A stretch of DNA of 64,000 nt, from contig NW_003526941.1 of NCBI RefSeq assembly GCF_000181795.1, positions 7,439,118 through 7,503,117 on the forward strand, in the 5' to 3' direction. Below the pieces are notes generated by a model. The model was given only the letters and a program-made list of their open reading frames with translations. It did not search any database and was not told where the DNA came from. The DNA is from Trichinella spiralis. Lineage: Eukaryota. Of the stretch, positions 40,273 to 55,513 are shown one piece after another. The translations under genes were made by a program, and so were the position numbers. Within the stretch, counting starts at the first letter, position 1. The number at the start of each line of letters is the position of its first letter.

Positions 40273-43200
40273 CTAGAAATGATGAACCGGCAAATCTGAC
40301 GTGCTTGCATCGTTTTTGTCAATGTCACCACCGACCGACTCCAATCGGACTGGAGCAGCGCTAGACTGGATCAACGTTTGTTCAAGACGTTTCTGTGCCG
40401 CTTCCAATTTCGGCATAAATATCTTGATCAGTTGCTCTTTTTGAGCTTCCCTCAGTTGACCATCTTCCAGTATCTATATGTGAGAGAAAAAAACAACAAC
40501 AAAAAATATATTTATAAAATCATCATGCATATATATATATATTCGTGCACAAAATGAAGCAAAGAAAACTTAGCTATAATACCATGCTGAATGCTTGTTG
40601 GACTTTGTCTAATGAAACCATAAACTGTTCCACACTCTCTTTACAATGGTCTGCCATTCCTATTGAAAAAAATGAATAACAAAACTTATTTTCTAATAAA
40701 TCGAATGTCATTACTTGACAAATGCGGGTCGTCGATGCTATTCAGAAGGGTTCTGTTGCATGTGGACTTTATCTCATCATTATTTACAGCAGAATCAGTA
40801 TTTTCCAATACTCGGCCCAAATAATTCATCGACCTACTGGTTGACATTTTTCTAGTGTTCTCAGCTGGGCTGTTCCTAGTCGGAGGCCCAAATCTAAGCG
40901 ACGCATCCTTGGAAAGGCTGCTTCCACTTTGTCTTCTCGGAGACGAGTAGCGCATCATTCTCATCGTAGATGCAGAAGTGTTGACAACGTTGGTAGTATC
41001 GGAAGAATCTTCAGAATCCACAGACGGTCGTTGGTCAATCATACGTCGGCTGGCAGTTCTCATCTGATTTACTTTTTTCTGAGCCGGTCCAGCGCCGAGA
41101 CGGTGAAATTTGGGCAATGTAGTCGAACGACTGTAATTTTTGGGCGACGATGTTTCGACGTTTCTCTTCGAATTCTGAAAATCTTGCATCGTCTGATTCT
41201 TCTTTGGAGAAAACGCTTCATTAACTTCTTCCATCATAGCAGTTAGACAGCTAACCGATCTGGCAAAATTTCTATGGTGGTCCAACAAATCAGATGATGG
41301 ATCAAGTGATGCGTTCGAATCACCATGACGAAGATTATTCGACGACAGAGTACGATTCAAACTCGAGCGCCCTCTGCCCCATAACAATGAAAGATTTTCC
41401 TGAGATTTGCGCAGTCTATATACACAAATGCACACATACAAACACCCACACGCACACATTAACACATACACAAATGCAAATCTATTCAAAAAACTTTTCA
41501 AAAATATACCTACCGTTCTCGAGCTTCCGATAGCTTTTGCAACGTGCTGGTGACCCGAGGATCAGGCGTTGAAAATTGAGCCAAACATGACAAACTGGCA
41601 CTGCTCTTGAGAAAAACTGAACCTGGATAAGAGATATTAAGACGATCGGATCTCCATGCGGCAGTTGTGGACTTGAGCGAACGTCTAGGCAAACTGAACA
41701 CACTATAACTGGGACTGGGCAATGGTCGACTAAAATGAGCAAATTTATATGCATGTACAGCATTATGCATTCATCTGTTTGTTACTTCAGTAAAGAATTC
41801 AGTGCTGGAAATGATTCTGGACTCATGCAGCGAGCATGCAATTCACTTTGTTCGTAGTTATCAGCTTAAAATATTATTAAAACAGGATAATGCTTTCGGA
41901 AAACATGAAAAATGGATAAACAAACACCTACGTTTATACATCAGCGCAGACGGATAAACAGGCAAAGTAGAGTGCCTTTCTCTGGAATAATTTATTGAAT
42001 TGCTTGAAGTGGCAGGTGAAAATTTGGGCGTCACTTCCAACGTAAGCGCTGTATGTAAAAAGTAAAAAACAAATCATATACATAACAAAAAAAATAACAA
42101 CAGAAAACTGAGAAATGAAATAAAGAGAAATTTACGTTTTGACAACTGCACCAACCGACTGGACAATGGCATATTAGCAGCTGGCGAAGCAGTCTTGTCC
42201 AAATGAATGTTGCTCGCAGAATTCCAAGTAGCTCTGGGCGTTTTCCTCATTGGCTTTGGACTGGATGTGGCTTTTGGCACAGGCGATCGATCGGAATCGA
42301 ATCTTCCGGCAGATGACCATCCTGACAAACTAGAAGTCTGCGACGAGGATGTACTTGGTCTTGACAAGTGATCATTCTGTTAAACATTTATTTATTTATT
42401 TATTTATTTAGCGCTTTAAACATGAATAATCAACAGTACTAGATGCAATAAACGATTTCCATTTGATGAGATCTGGGTATCTTTCCACAGTTCTTCAGTC
42501 GGAGGTCGAAATTTTCTAAAATTACATTGTCAAGCAAATATTAACAGATGAAGTATTAAAGAAAAAACATCAAACCGTTCAGCAGAAGCAGTCTGATTGA
42601 AATATTTGTTCGTCAAACTCTGCCTTCTAACTGAACCTCTGCGCAAAAACTGCGTATCATTGTTGCCCGACATATCATCCCTATCTGTAAAAAGAAAATA
42701 AAAACAGAATGATAATAAAGCAACTGACTGTTATTTACGGCAGTTTGAAGAATCAGAATAAGTAACATTTCATACCGGATAACTGCTCATATGCGGCTTT
42801 TACCATTTCAGAACGGCGCTTATTTGGCATAATACTGGAGCCATTTTTCTGTTCAAGTTCAATGTAACCAGATAGTTGCTCATCATCACTATCTGGAAAA
42901 AGCAAAACAAAACTGATTAGTTTAATACTTTTTTCAAACAAAAAACTATCAAAGAATTCGCCTAATAGTTGCCTTAACAGCTTATTATATGACAGCTTAA
43001 AAATTAGCTTGATTTTCCGAAAGCCATTTGCTTTTAACATAATAGACATTTTGAAAATTTTTTCCAACCAGTCGCAGTAATATTTTCATTATTACCAACG
43101 TCGAGCTGATTAGGTAATGAAAATTTTACACCACATTTGAATGTTGCTGTTATTCATTTTTAGAAGACAACATTTCATTAAAACCAATAAAAACATTCCC

Positions 43201-43517
43201 ATTTATCATAAAATGCAAGAACAAGTAATAAAATAAAGCAAAAAAGAACCATTACATCTCAGTAGTATATTTAAAAGCAAAACTGCACTGACTGGAGGCA
43301 ATTATTTCTTACCTTTCGCATCTACTGTCCTTAATTTCAATAAGCATACTAATGTTTAAAAATGAAAAACACAAATTGCATAAATCAGCAAATAAAAATT
43401 TTTTAAAGCAACAAACCTTGTAAACTGAGACCAACGGTTGAATCAGTTTGCTTCAATACATCTGATCTCGCAATTACGTGAAATTCACTGAAAAGCAAAA
43501 AAAAGCATTATAAAACT

Positions 43518-43561
<44 letters not shown>

Positions 43562-46500
43562 TTTTGTTAAAAAAAACCTAATCAACATCATCAACTTACT
43601 CTTCTTTACTGGGAACAACACTTTCTGGTGATTGCAAGTATATGATCTGTGTAGAAGACTCCATCGACCGTGACTGTTTTGACATTGCCTTCTGCAAAGA
43701 AAACAAATCATCAATAATTATTAAAATTGCATTGGTAAGTCATATTGTTACATTTGCTGTAAATTTAGAATCATTCTCTTCAAATTCTTGAAAATTTTGA
43801 TCATCATCATCAACATCATGACCGTTATCACCAACTTCTAGTACTTCTTCTTCTTCTTCTTCTTCCTCTTCCTCTTCTTCTTCGAATTCTGATTCCTGTT
43901 CTACAGTATTCTTTCTCTCAGGATGTAAATTAGCAATATTTGGAACATGTTCATTGTAAAGCTTAACAGAACCAACAGTTCGACCACGTTTCGCTAGACG
44001 AGCAAGTATCTTTTTTGTCAACGAAGGATGAAGATTCCAAACAAATATACAACTGTCACCGGAGACTGAAATCAGTCGTCTACAATCGCCAGTAAATTTG
44101 ACGCCAGTAATTAGCTCGCTGTGACCATGCACCGCGGCCACGCATTCACCACCATTCAATGTGTCAAATATGCAAATGGTTTTGTCACTGCAGCATGTAG
44201 CTACAAATGTGCCGGATGGATCGAGTTCAATTTTAATCACCGTACCATCATCGGCCAGCGAACCCTTTATTGAACCTTTTGATTTGCCTTCGGCCAGGGA
44301 AAACATGCGTATTTGACGATCTTGACAAGCCGTGTACACTGTATCGCTAGTATCGTCTATGTCCATGTCGTAGAAAGTAGTTTGCCCAACAACATAGCAA
44401 GCTCGTTGAAAGTGAATATCACCGTTATCAGAGCAAACCAATCGTCTGTAGATGATGCTCTTGTCAGCTCCACAGCTCAACAAAACAAAATCATCACCAA
44501 CTGAGGCCATTTTCAGCGCCGTGATGGAACTGCTGTGGTCGTCAATAGTACAAACCAACTGATAGCTTTGGTCCACGTCCAATACATGAAGCAAACGATC
44601 TCGACTCGCTGAGGCTAAAAAATATCTGCCACGTTTGCCTGGGCACGAGTACTCCAACGCTAATACATCCCCTTCGTGTGCCTCCAATTCTTGGAACAAC
44701 ACCAAATTGTTCATCTGATATATGCTAAAGGTAATATAAAGTTGAAAAAAGAAAAACAAAACAAAACAAATGAAATAACACTAATAATATAGAATGAATT
44801 AATCCTTTACCGAATGTTGCCGCTCCGATCTCCGCTAGCCAAATGAAGACAGTCCGGACTCACTTTCACAGATCGTACACCGCTCTTGCCATCCAATTGA
44901 TATTCATTCTTATCAGATCCTTAAAAACATTTTTTCCTCCATTATTTCAGGAAAACTCACAAATAATTCAACCGCATTCTAACCAGCAATGCCCATCTCC
45001 TGATCGCGGAGGCAAGATAAATCCGGATCACAGTAAATGATTTTCATCAACTGTTGACTGTATATGTTGCAGTGGTACGGACAACCGACCAGTACCGTCT
45101 CTGCCGATGGCCAACAATCCGGCAAGTCCAAATTCCATAATCGAATTGTATCATCAGTACTGCAGGTGACAAACGTACCAGCTGGAACGTCCACCTTCGC
45201 GGTCTTGGAATCAAGAATCGGGCATGTGTCCACAGACCAAATGCTTCCGCTGTGACTGAGCATCGACGCCACTTTGCCCACACGCTTCCAATCCAAAACA
45301 TCCCACACGTAAAGGCTGTGGTCGTTGTATACACAACAAAGCTGCAAACGGGCAAAAAAACGGTCCAACAAGCAGAAAAATTAAAAAAAAACCACAGATC
45401 AATACAAACCCTTTTATCTCGAATATTGTAAGCAAGTGCGATCACGTCTGGAAAACGACTGTCGGCATTCCGTGCAGTCATGTGACTTGCCGTCAGTCCC
45501 GCAGCCACGTCCACGCCCAGGTAATGGGGGCGTGGCATTGTACCAATGTAACGAAGTGTAGTGGCGTTGAAAATTCGTACTACACCATCCGCACACGCGA
45601 CAAATATCTCCGCATCACCGAGACACATCGCATTGGCATTGCTTGTCTAGAAAAAAAATACTTTTCTGACCTATTGCATACTTGGCCACAGATTTCAATT
45701 TGAATTTAAAAATCAAACAAAACGACAAATGCTCCTCGACGTACTTTCAATTCAACCCATTTCTCGAGCATTCTACGACTGCTAAATTGACACAACAAAC
45801 CCTGATGAGTGATTGCATAAGTGTTGCCTGCTAAAGCGCCACGACCACAGTGAACATCACGAAACTGATTGTTCCTCTGATCGGCCAAAATTGCCGACCT
45901 CCCCTGCAGTGGTATTGCATTGTCCTGAATTGTAAAATTAAATTTTAACCTTCGCATGATGGAACAAACACACATGACATTAAACAAATAATAATCAAAA
46001 ATTCCCTTACATTTACTTTCAACGACATCTTGACACGTTCGAGGTACCAAAATTTAACATGGCGCACGCCAGCTGTAACAAAATAATCACCATTCTCTGA
46101 ATAAGAGATTGCCATTACCTAAAGAATAAAAGCAGAAATACGAAAAGAAATGACAATAAATTTTGTTATTTATAATTAATATCTCATACTTTACTGGCGA
46201 TTTTATTGCTGGCTACTTTGGTATTGCTTTTCCAATTCCAAACATTGACAACCATATCATGCTGATTTCCAACACTTACCAAATGCTTCATATTCGGCGA
46301 AAAGCACTAGAATAGCACAGTGTTGTGTGATTCGTAGCATTTCGTACAGAAAACTAGCCACTTACAACACAACTAATTCCAAAACGATGACCCGAAAATT
46401 CTGCTAACAGTCGATTTTCCAACAAATCCCAGACTCGCACAGGAGGATCATGCCCTGACTGATATATTTCAAAAATTGATCAAAATTACCATATTTGCAT

Positions 46501-49500
46501 TATGAATAAATTTACTCACCTCGCCAGTAGCGAGGAAACGATCGTCCGGTGAAAAGGCCAAACAAGTGATCCCTTTTTTCGACGCACCAACAACGTGAGC
46601 TTGTTCATTTTTGTCAACATTGTACAAAACCACAGTTCCACTTTGAGAAAATATATTATTTTTCCAAAAATATTCCAAATTCAAAATATATTTTAAAAAA
46701 CCGCATGCTTACCCTGCTGAATAGGCAACAACACCGTTGGAAGATCCATAGGCTAATGCAGCATTTGAATTGACCGTCAAACCAATTACACGGCTCAATG
46801 TCACCTGCAAGCAAAGAAAGAAAGAGAATAATCATCATCTGAGATACTTTAAGAAAAAAAGAATATATTTTTAATAAATATTCAAAAATAAAGTCGGAAA
46901 TAGTACCTGAAACATTGCATAAGAGTAATTTTATAGACAACAATCACTTTACAAGCACTTAGCAAAACAAAGTCACCAATTTTAGAATGACCATTCACCA
47001 TGGGAGACTGGTTTCACTGTATAACATAACAAATGCCTATCTATGCGCTTAATCTGTTCAAACCAACAAACCGGAATGCCAGACTAACAAGGTCAGAAGG
47101 TATGTGCAGAACAAAAATTCCAGAAAAAGACAAAGATATATATATATGTATGTATGTATATGAGAGAATGGCAACCATTTTTCCTTATTATTACAATCAG
47201 AATAAAGAAAATAAAAAAACAAACATCATCCAATTACTACAATAGATGAAAAATTGAATGAAATGTTAAAATTTCATTCAGTAAAATAATATTACACTGA
47301 ATTGCACCTTTACCATGTAAATGAAATTGATGACCCTGCAGAAAACATTATTCACCACAAAAACACGGATACTATTTTGGCATAAATATTTCTCTGCATT
47401 TTTTAAAAAATAATTCTGCTACAATCACTGCTTGCCTCGCGTTCCAGTTAGTAAAATTAAATCATGTCTTTTTGTGCAATTCGCGATCATACAATTTTTT
47501 GCAATTGAAGTTACAGTTTTGAAACTGTTTGCATAGCCCGGTTAAATAACATAAAAGCTATTTTCAAATTAAATATTCAAAATTTCGAATCTTCAATAAA
47601 AAACAATCAACAATAAAAATGCAACGTATGTACATTGATTTCAATTTAAAAAAAGCTTACACAATTTAGACAAGTTTCAATATATTATTAAAATGGAAGA
47701 TTACCAATCATACCAAACAAAACATTCCTCAACTACAGCATGAAATAGAGCAACTGTCGATTCATCCTTTTACTACATAATAAAACTTTCAGAAATGTTA
47801 TACTTTAAGGTAATTTTCATCAACTGAATACATTTCATACTTGATTTCATTAAGCATTTATTGTTTGTAAAATTAAACTTATCAGCAAAACAATCGCTGT
47901 GCAAAAAAATCTACTCATATACAGTGATAAAAAATTATACGCATTTATAACAGACAAACAAAAAATGAAATAAATTTCAAGCTTTTTTACAAGTGCTCAT
48001 CACATTTCAGATGCGCAGGTTCCTATTACCGTATGGGTGAAAAAGTAAATAATCACTCTAGGAATATTCAACTGATTATTTTTATTATGAAAATGAAAAT
48101 TAAACAGCCAAAAATATACAAAATTATAAATTAATATAATAATCAAGTAATTAATATATACCAGCAAAAATAGAAAAAGATGAAAACAGTACACTCTATT
48201 ATCTTCTACTGAGTTCTAAAAGCAAAACGGGAAGGAAACAAGCCTCGCTTGAAAAGAAAATGAAAAAAAAAAGAAATTCAACATCCATGTATATATTAGA
48301 TCAGTGCTTACTTTGGATTTGTTCATTATAAATTATACAGAGTAGAAACTGAGTTGAGTGGAAATGAAAATGCAATTTTTGTCCAGAAATTAAGCTAACC
48401 TCAGCTGTTTGCACAAGCACAAATGCAGAGAACATGCCTGAAAGCGTCCAGCGAGCATTAAGCAAACAATGTGCTCTAATGCAAGACAATAAAATGTACA
48501 CCGTTGGAAATTTAATGCAGTTCAGAAGACGGATAAATAGTAGCATTGTTGTGAAGATAATAAAATTGTAAGAAAAAAACAGTAACATTGAAGTAAGCAA
48601 TACATTGAAAACAAAACTCATTTTTGCAAGTGAAAAAAAACATACGTCAGAAAACAAAGCTTATTCATTCATCGACAAACACAAACGGGCGTCAAAGCCG
48701 GAAAGTTTAATTTCATTGTGCATTGCAAAAAGGAAAAGTTATTGCAATAAAACAATTCCAATTTTTGAAATATTCGTCACGTTTTTCTATCAAAATATTT
48801 TCCTCAAAAAAAATCTCTTGAACTTTAAAAAATGAACAAGTGTCATGGGATGGAAAGGGATATTTTAAAAATGAGAAGATGAAAAACAAAATTAAATGGA
48901 AAATATTCCAAAGTATTTTACAGATAACAATGGTTTATCATTAGCTTGTTGGTCGCATACTTTTTTCTAAAGTAAATCGAAACTGGTCAACAGCACATCG
49001 AGTTAAAAATTTAGCAGTAGCAAGAACACTTTTCTTGAAACTAGTTCAAGAATGAAAATAAAATTCTTCAGAAATATTTATATGTAATAAATGATGCTCC
49101 ATTTGTTTTACATTTTTGCTGCAGTAAATTCAATTATGTATCAACTGTGGATGCATATTTGCAATTTTTATAAGTTCCATTAAACAAACATAACAAGAAT
49201 AAACTTTAAAAAAAATTATTTCGGAATTATTTGACAAATTAATCAATGAAACAAATAATAATAATGATGACTTATTAAAATGATAAATCTGAACAATACA
49301 TTTGATAAGTAACAACATAAGAAGCATAGCAAAAAGTCAAGTCAAATTAAAAACGATGATCATGAAAATAATGACAGTATAAATATGCGCATTGGAGGGT
49401 CCAAATTCGTCATGTTTAACACGACTGGAATGTGAAATGAAAAACAGCTTTCACAAACATCCGCTGGTCAATAATGCAAATAACAATGATAACAAAAAGA

Positions 49501-52500
49501 AAAACCATACAAAACGTTCACTGCTAAAACTGAAGAGTTGAGAAGAATGTTTGCACGGGATGTACGGCGCGCCAAGAACCTGAGTCTTCCATTCCACTCA
49601 AGACGACCAGTTAGTTAGTTCCCCTCTTGAACACAAAACCCCTCTGAAATTAATAACCTATAATTGTGTGTAAAGAATTTTATTTCAAAGAAATTTCTGC
49701 TAATAAGTTCAGTACTGTATCATCCCATTTTATTGACCAACTTTATTATTGCAGATTGAAATTCCACTCAATTCAATTCAATTCAATATAAGATACTGAT
49801 GTATTCCTAGAGGGGACTTTCATTTCTCGAAAAGAACTCTTCAAAAAAGTGAACAAGATTTCATCGCATGTTGAGAATCAATAACGATGAACAATATATT
49901 AACGAATGAGGGAGGAGGGGGAAATTGTCCCTACCCCTCGTCCCGCATTACTTCCAATGTCAAAATGCAATTTAGCAAAAATCATTTTTTTCACTTGAAT
50001 TGTCAAAAAAAATCTAGCAAAGAAGCAAAGCAAAAGAAAGAACAACTGTTAGCCTTGCTTTGACAACAAATTGACTCAATGCTCAAAATAGACCCTCTCT
50101 GGAATAAATCATTGTAAACAGAGGCGTGTCAAGCATTGACTTTACACTTTTCGTCTGCCGAGTCAATAAAGTGCAAATATCATTAAAGAAAGGAAACGAA
50201 CTCTGCACATCCACTTGACAAAGTGCCCAAATACCATCTTGAACATCTCAAATAAACTGAAGAAAAATGCATACATTCAACTGCTACATTAAATCATTTT
50301 AATGGACAATTTGAAAAATTATGCTTATGAATAAATTGACAACTAACTGAAAACAAAAAATGAAATTATTGCAAAAACTTGACGTATCCTCGTGATAGAG
50401 CAAACAATGCAGCATGTCAACATACAGTGCAGCATTTAGCACAAAATCAATGAGGTCACTTTCCCTACTGACGAATCTCACTCACGGAACAAATAAATAT
50501 ATAAATAAACAAATATCACCTTCTATTTGCCGTAAAAATAATAAATATGAAAAATATCCACCAAAAATTCATCCACAACTACAACACAATTACATAAAAC
50601 ACAGAAACGGAGGAAAATATTACACACAAATAACATTTGACAGAAAGATTTATGAGAATTTTTTTTTCAATAAATAGAATTGATATTTTAATATTGTGCT
50701 TTCAAAATCAGATTATGAAAAAAATGAAAACAACAAGAACAAGAGTGCTTACATTCCTTCCTGCAACGTTGTTCCGTTGCTCTCTGAGCAGCAGCTGGTA
50801 CTGCTCTTCGGCATAAAGAAATTTACGACGCCGAAGGCGTCGTTCCATGGTGAATTTTTTCAAAAGTCAAAATTTGACCAGAAAAATATACAGTATGAAT
50901 TTACAAAAAAAATAACAAATAAAAGTAAAATAAAAACAAAGAAAAGGGGGAGGAAAAGAAAAGGCTAAAATTGGTGGCTAGCCAAAAATATTGGCCACCA
51001 ATTTTTTGCTATCATTCATCGTCCTCTTTTACAAAATGTACTCGTTGGTGATGTCGATGTCAAACAGAACCGCCTAGCTGTCACCGGATGCAGGTGGCGC
51101 TATGGCAAATTAGAACAAGTGTTCTTTGATAAATGCAATTCATTACTTCAAACAAACAAACAAACAAACAAACATATTAATAAATAAATAGTTAGATTTT
51201 AGTTTTCTGACAATAAAATTAAATTTCTTAAATACTTGAATATGAAAAAAAAGTGAAAAGTGAAAACAGAAAAGATGAAAAAAAACTAGATAAATATGCA
51301 TAAATAAATAAATATTTATATACATAAATTTCATATGATATGAAAATTTATGTTTAATTTTTATTTCCAATAGGCCAGCCACAACGAGAAATGAAACTAG
51401 AAATGATGATTCGTCATGGTGGCTGGATGGCAAAAACCAGAACAGAACAGTCAATTAGCGGCTGCTTGCCCAGAGAAATTTGGCAAGCCTGTTGGCCGTA
51501 GCCCTGAAGGCAATGTCAGCTATTCATTCAGAACAGAATGCCAATGTGCTGAACAATTTAAACAGCAACAAGAAAAGCCCGGCAAAATCATTCTATCAAT
51601 ATGCTATCGTCGACGACGAAAGACCTTGGAAATTAAGAGCCAACGCCCAAGTTTAGGGCCAAAATACCCACCCCAACCGGCCTCATCAATAAGATGCGTA
51701 TGCAATTCGGATGGCGACCGTGACCATGGGCACCGATAGCTGTAGAATTGTCCAATTAACCTCTTCAAATGAACATATAAACATTCAAATGTACAATGAA
51801 TACAATAAAAATTCCACTCCATTGCTTTCTTCAACAATTCCAACAATAAATCAACAAAACATCAAACAACCACTATTTCATCAAACACTTTTTTCCAATA
51901 TATTATAAACATATATACGTATTATTTCATTTCTCCTTAATGTTATTGTTTTAGAAATTTCAAATCAATTCTATCTACCATTTAACGTTAAATCCTCCAA
52001 ACGGCACTTGTATATTTACTACTTTTAGATGATCGATTATTATGCTGTAGTGATTAACAAAAATTCAGTAGAGCAAAATTGACAAAACTACACACTTGGT
52101 AATCAATCATTCGTTCGTTTTAATGATTTATTATTCATACTCATATAAATGGTGAAGTTATCTAACTTTATCCATAAAAAAATTTTTTCTTTTATTAAAA
52201 ACAGCTTCGTGCTTTTAAAAACACCATAATTATGTAGGCAAATTTCCATAAAATGCCATTGCACTGCTTGAAAATGAATAACAGTAGCAACAAGAGAAAT
52301 TTGCCCGAACTAACTGCATGGGCAAGAAATCTTTATAAAAGCAATTTCAATAGTCTTCTGACAATTTCCTAGTACCACAAATTTGCATTGCATCATAACA
52401 AACACTCAACACTAACCGTAGTTTGATGGGGCGATCATTCAAATTTCGACGATCAATAACGAACATCGCCAACTGAAGCGTGTCGAGAGAAACTAGAAGC

Positions 52501-53677
52501 TGCACTTCCTCTTTTAATTTTAATTGAAATTCATCCATTCAAATCTGCCCATTTCGTCTATTTATTTTGGAAAAAAATTTTCCCACTTGCACATCAATAA
52601 AATCAATTACAATTTCACAGCAATATATTTTTCCCACAATTCTTCAATTTTCGTTCCAATAATAGAAATACAATTTAAAAAGAAAATAAGACGAAAATAA
52701 TATGCCAGAAAAGATGAATCAGTTAAATTTGTGAAATTACACCACGAAAGCAACAGCTTCAAAAGCAGCCGATGATGGTTGGAAGTGAAAAGGAAGTAAG
52801 GTCGAACAATAACAAAACGTACTTTCTCAGTGAAAAGCTGAGAATAGCTGCCGGTGAATCATTTTACACCAAACATTTAAATAAACAGAAATACAAAAAA
52901 AACATCAATTTCCCAAAGTGGTAAATAGATCTGCTTCAAAAAAGTCACCACACTACTATGTTACAAACGTGTTTACATAATATTAAATTAAACAGGAGCA
53001 GAAAGTGTGCAAACATGATCATTGTAATCGCAAAATTGCAAATAAAAAAACGTTTATAGAGGAATGTACTGCGCGTTTGGTGAAGTTGGAAAAAGTAAAT
53101 TACATCTGACCTTATTCAGTAAAGTTAAACGCTTGCAAAGCATTGGCGTTTTTTCTGTTATGCAGCAGCAGTATGTGAAAAGTTTCAATTATCAATTTAA
53201 CTTCAAGAAGCAATAGAATACAATTGAATTTTGTTTTCAACAATAATCTCGGTAAAATTCAAGCAGAAAAAACCACTCCTTATAAACAAATAATTACAAA
53301 AGCTAAATTAATGAACAACGGCTAATTTTCGACTGTTTAATGTTCACGATTTGTTTAAACAAGCAGAAGCACCAGAAAGCTGATGAAAAACTAGACACTC
53401 AAACACAAACGACAAACAACGAAGTAATGGCAAAGAACAGGAAAAACTTAGAGAAGATACCTATTTCCGCATGCAAGATTAAATACACTGAACGTAGTGA
53501 ATATAATTCATATGGAAAAGATGCTTCCAAAATAAGATTAAATGTAATGTCGTAAAAAAGAAAAATAAAGCCTACCTTTTCGGAGAGATCCTTCCTTTCG
53601 GAACATGTCCTCTGTCGTCGAGGTCGAAGCATTCTGCGATGCGGTGATGCCTGAATGTCCATGTTCGCAGTCGCCAT
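40273..53677 (-). CDS. MAPKBP1: MAPK-binding protein 1 / WDR62 family WD40-repeat protein, many exons; last exon not fully certain
   Basis: [116 protein letters not shown]. These are followed by a polyE tract, a Ser-rich region and a C-terminal helical segment. Confidence 0.93.
43522..43559. repeat. (TA)n microsatellite, intronic
   Basis: Direct reading. Confidence 0.95.
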
Positions 53678-55513
53678 CTTTGAAACGTCAACTTTGGAAA
53701 CAATTTTTCAAACTTGAAAACATGAAATATCCTGCCCAAAGTAGCAAAAAAAATCAAATACAGCAATGCAGTATCAAATAAAAAACTGCTCTAACAAACA
53801 AAGTCAGCTTTCAACCTATTAGGAAGTCAATACAGCGCCAATTACGGTCAAAAGTGAAAATCAAGTACTAATAAAATAACAATAAAAAATCAACAGATTT
53901 AAAGTGTATCTAAGTGAAAAAATAACTTTCTTCATACATATATAAATGTATTTATAAATGCATAATACTTTGAACAAATTAAAATTATTACTTTGAAATA
54001 CCGAATTACAGAATTTTCAATAGGATTCATTCTTTGTTACTGAAATGAACTGAAATTTTAAAAGAAAAGCATATTTTATCGTGCAACATTCGTGACAATT
54101 AAGCAATTTATCAAATTTTCCAAAATACCGAGTACTCTATGTGATTTTAAATGTCAGCTAAATGATGAACAATGAAAAGAAGAACAAAACAACAACCATT
54201 TATCGACTTTCACATGCATAATAATGAAAAATTAAATTCATAAAACCAGAAAATAATCTCAGTAAATTCATATTTACAACAAATAGGTTATTCATTATAA
54301 TTAATTTGAACTTGACATCAGTTCTGTAGAAATGTTGGAAACACAAACCGAATTGTTTACGAGATTTGAGTCCTCTGACCAGTGTTCCTATTGTCCAGTA
54401 TGGAGATAAAATTGTATGTGTCATCAATAGTTTGCGAATGGTTTGATGAAATATTTCCGGCCCATAAGCTGCTCCCCAATTGTCTCTATGAAAAGGCGAT
54501 GTTGAAAATAATCACACACTGTTTGCATGCAGTTACGCAGCATTTTAAATAATAAGCTGCAATAATTTTGATGATATTTTGTTGTGACTGTGAACTGATT
54601 AATATATGCAGAGACTTTACTTGTAATGACAACACAATACCAAGCTAATGTATAACGCACACGAGATTACACACACAGAGAGGCAATGCACACTGAGAGA
54701 ACGCCGGAACAAACCTACGCACGCACACTGATGACGTGAAACTACTGTACCTACTGTATTAGGTTCCTGCGCGCTCTTTTTGTATATATTTTGATAGCAT
54801 GACATCGCAATACATTACATATTTCATGTTTACTTTCAATTTCAATTGTATTTCATTTACTCGTTCCTCAATTTGTGCTGAAACAGGAAGTAAAAAACAG
54901 TTTCGAACCAAAAATGCAATATTGTGAAGAACAAAATGTTTTGTAGCCAAATCCTAAATAGCATTTACATTATTTGCATAAGGACGGGTTTAGTTGAAGC
55001 AATTTCACAATTTGTTTCAAGTGACTGACAGAAGTGCCTGTTCATGCAATCATGCGCATAAAATGAAATTACCGTAAAAATAAATCAAGTTAAGTTATGA
55101 AAAACCCATTCAAAAACACATGCGCAAAGATTTTAAAAACATTTTCCATTTCAATTCAGAAATATTAAAATTATCATTGAATTTATATTTTTATATTTTT
55201 GAATGAAATGAATTTGTTGCAGAAAAACTCGAAACATTAAATTTAAAATCTTTAAAAACATCAATTTAGCAAAGCGTAAATTGTTTAAACGAAAAGTTTT
55301 AAAATTTTCATTTGTTTAAAGTTCAACTTCACATTAGTCAGTGTTGACGTGCTCGTCAGTGTTTGTTTTCCGTTGAACAATTTTGATCAACGTTGTGCAG
55401 TTGCAGATTATCCAACAGCTACATCTCAGCAGGTAAATTTCAAACTGAAATAAAATGACAATTTTTGATTTGGTTTTTTGCAGCAAAACTGTGGTTATAA
55501 ATTTGTTTAGAAA

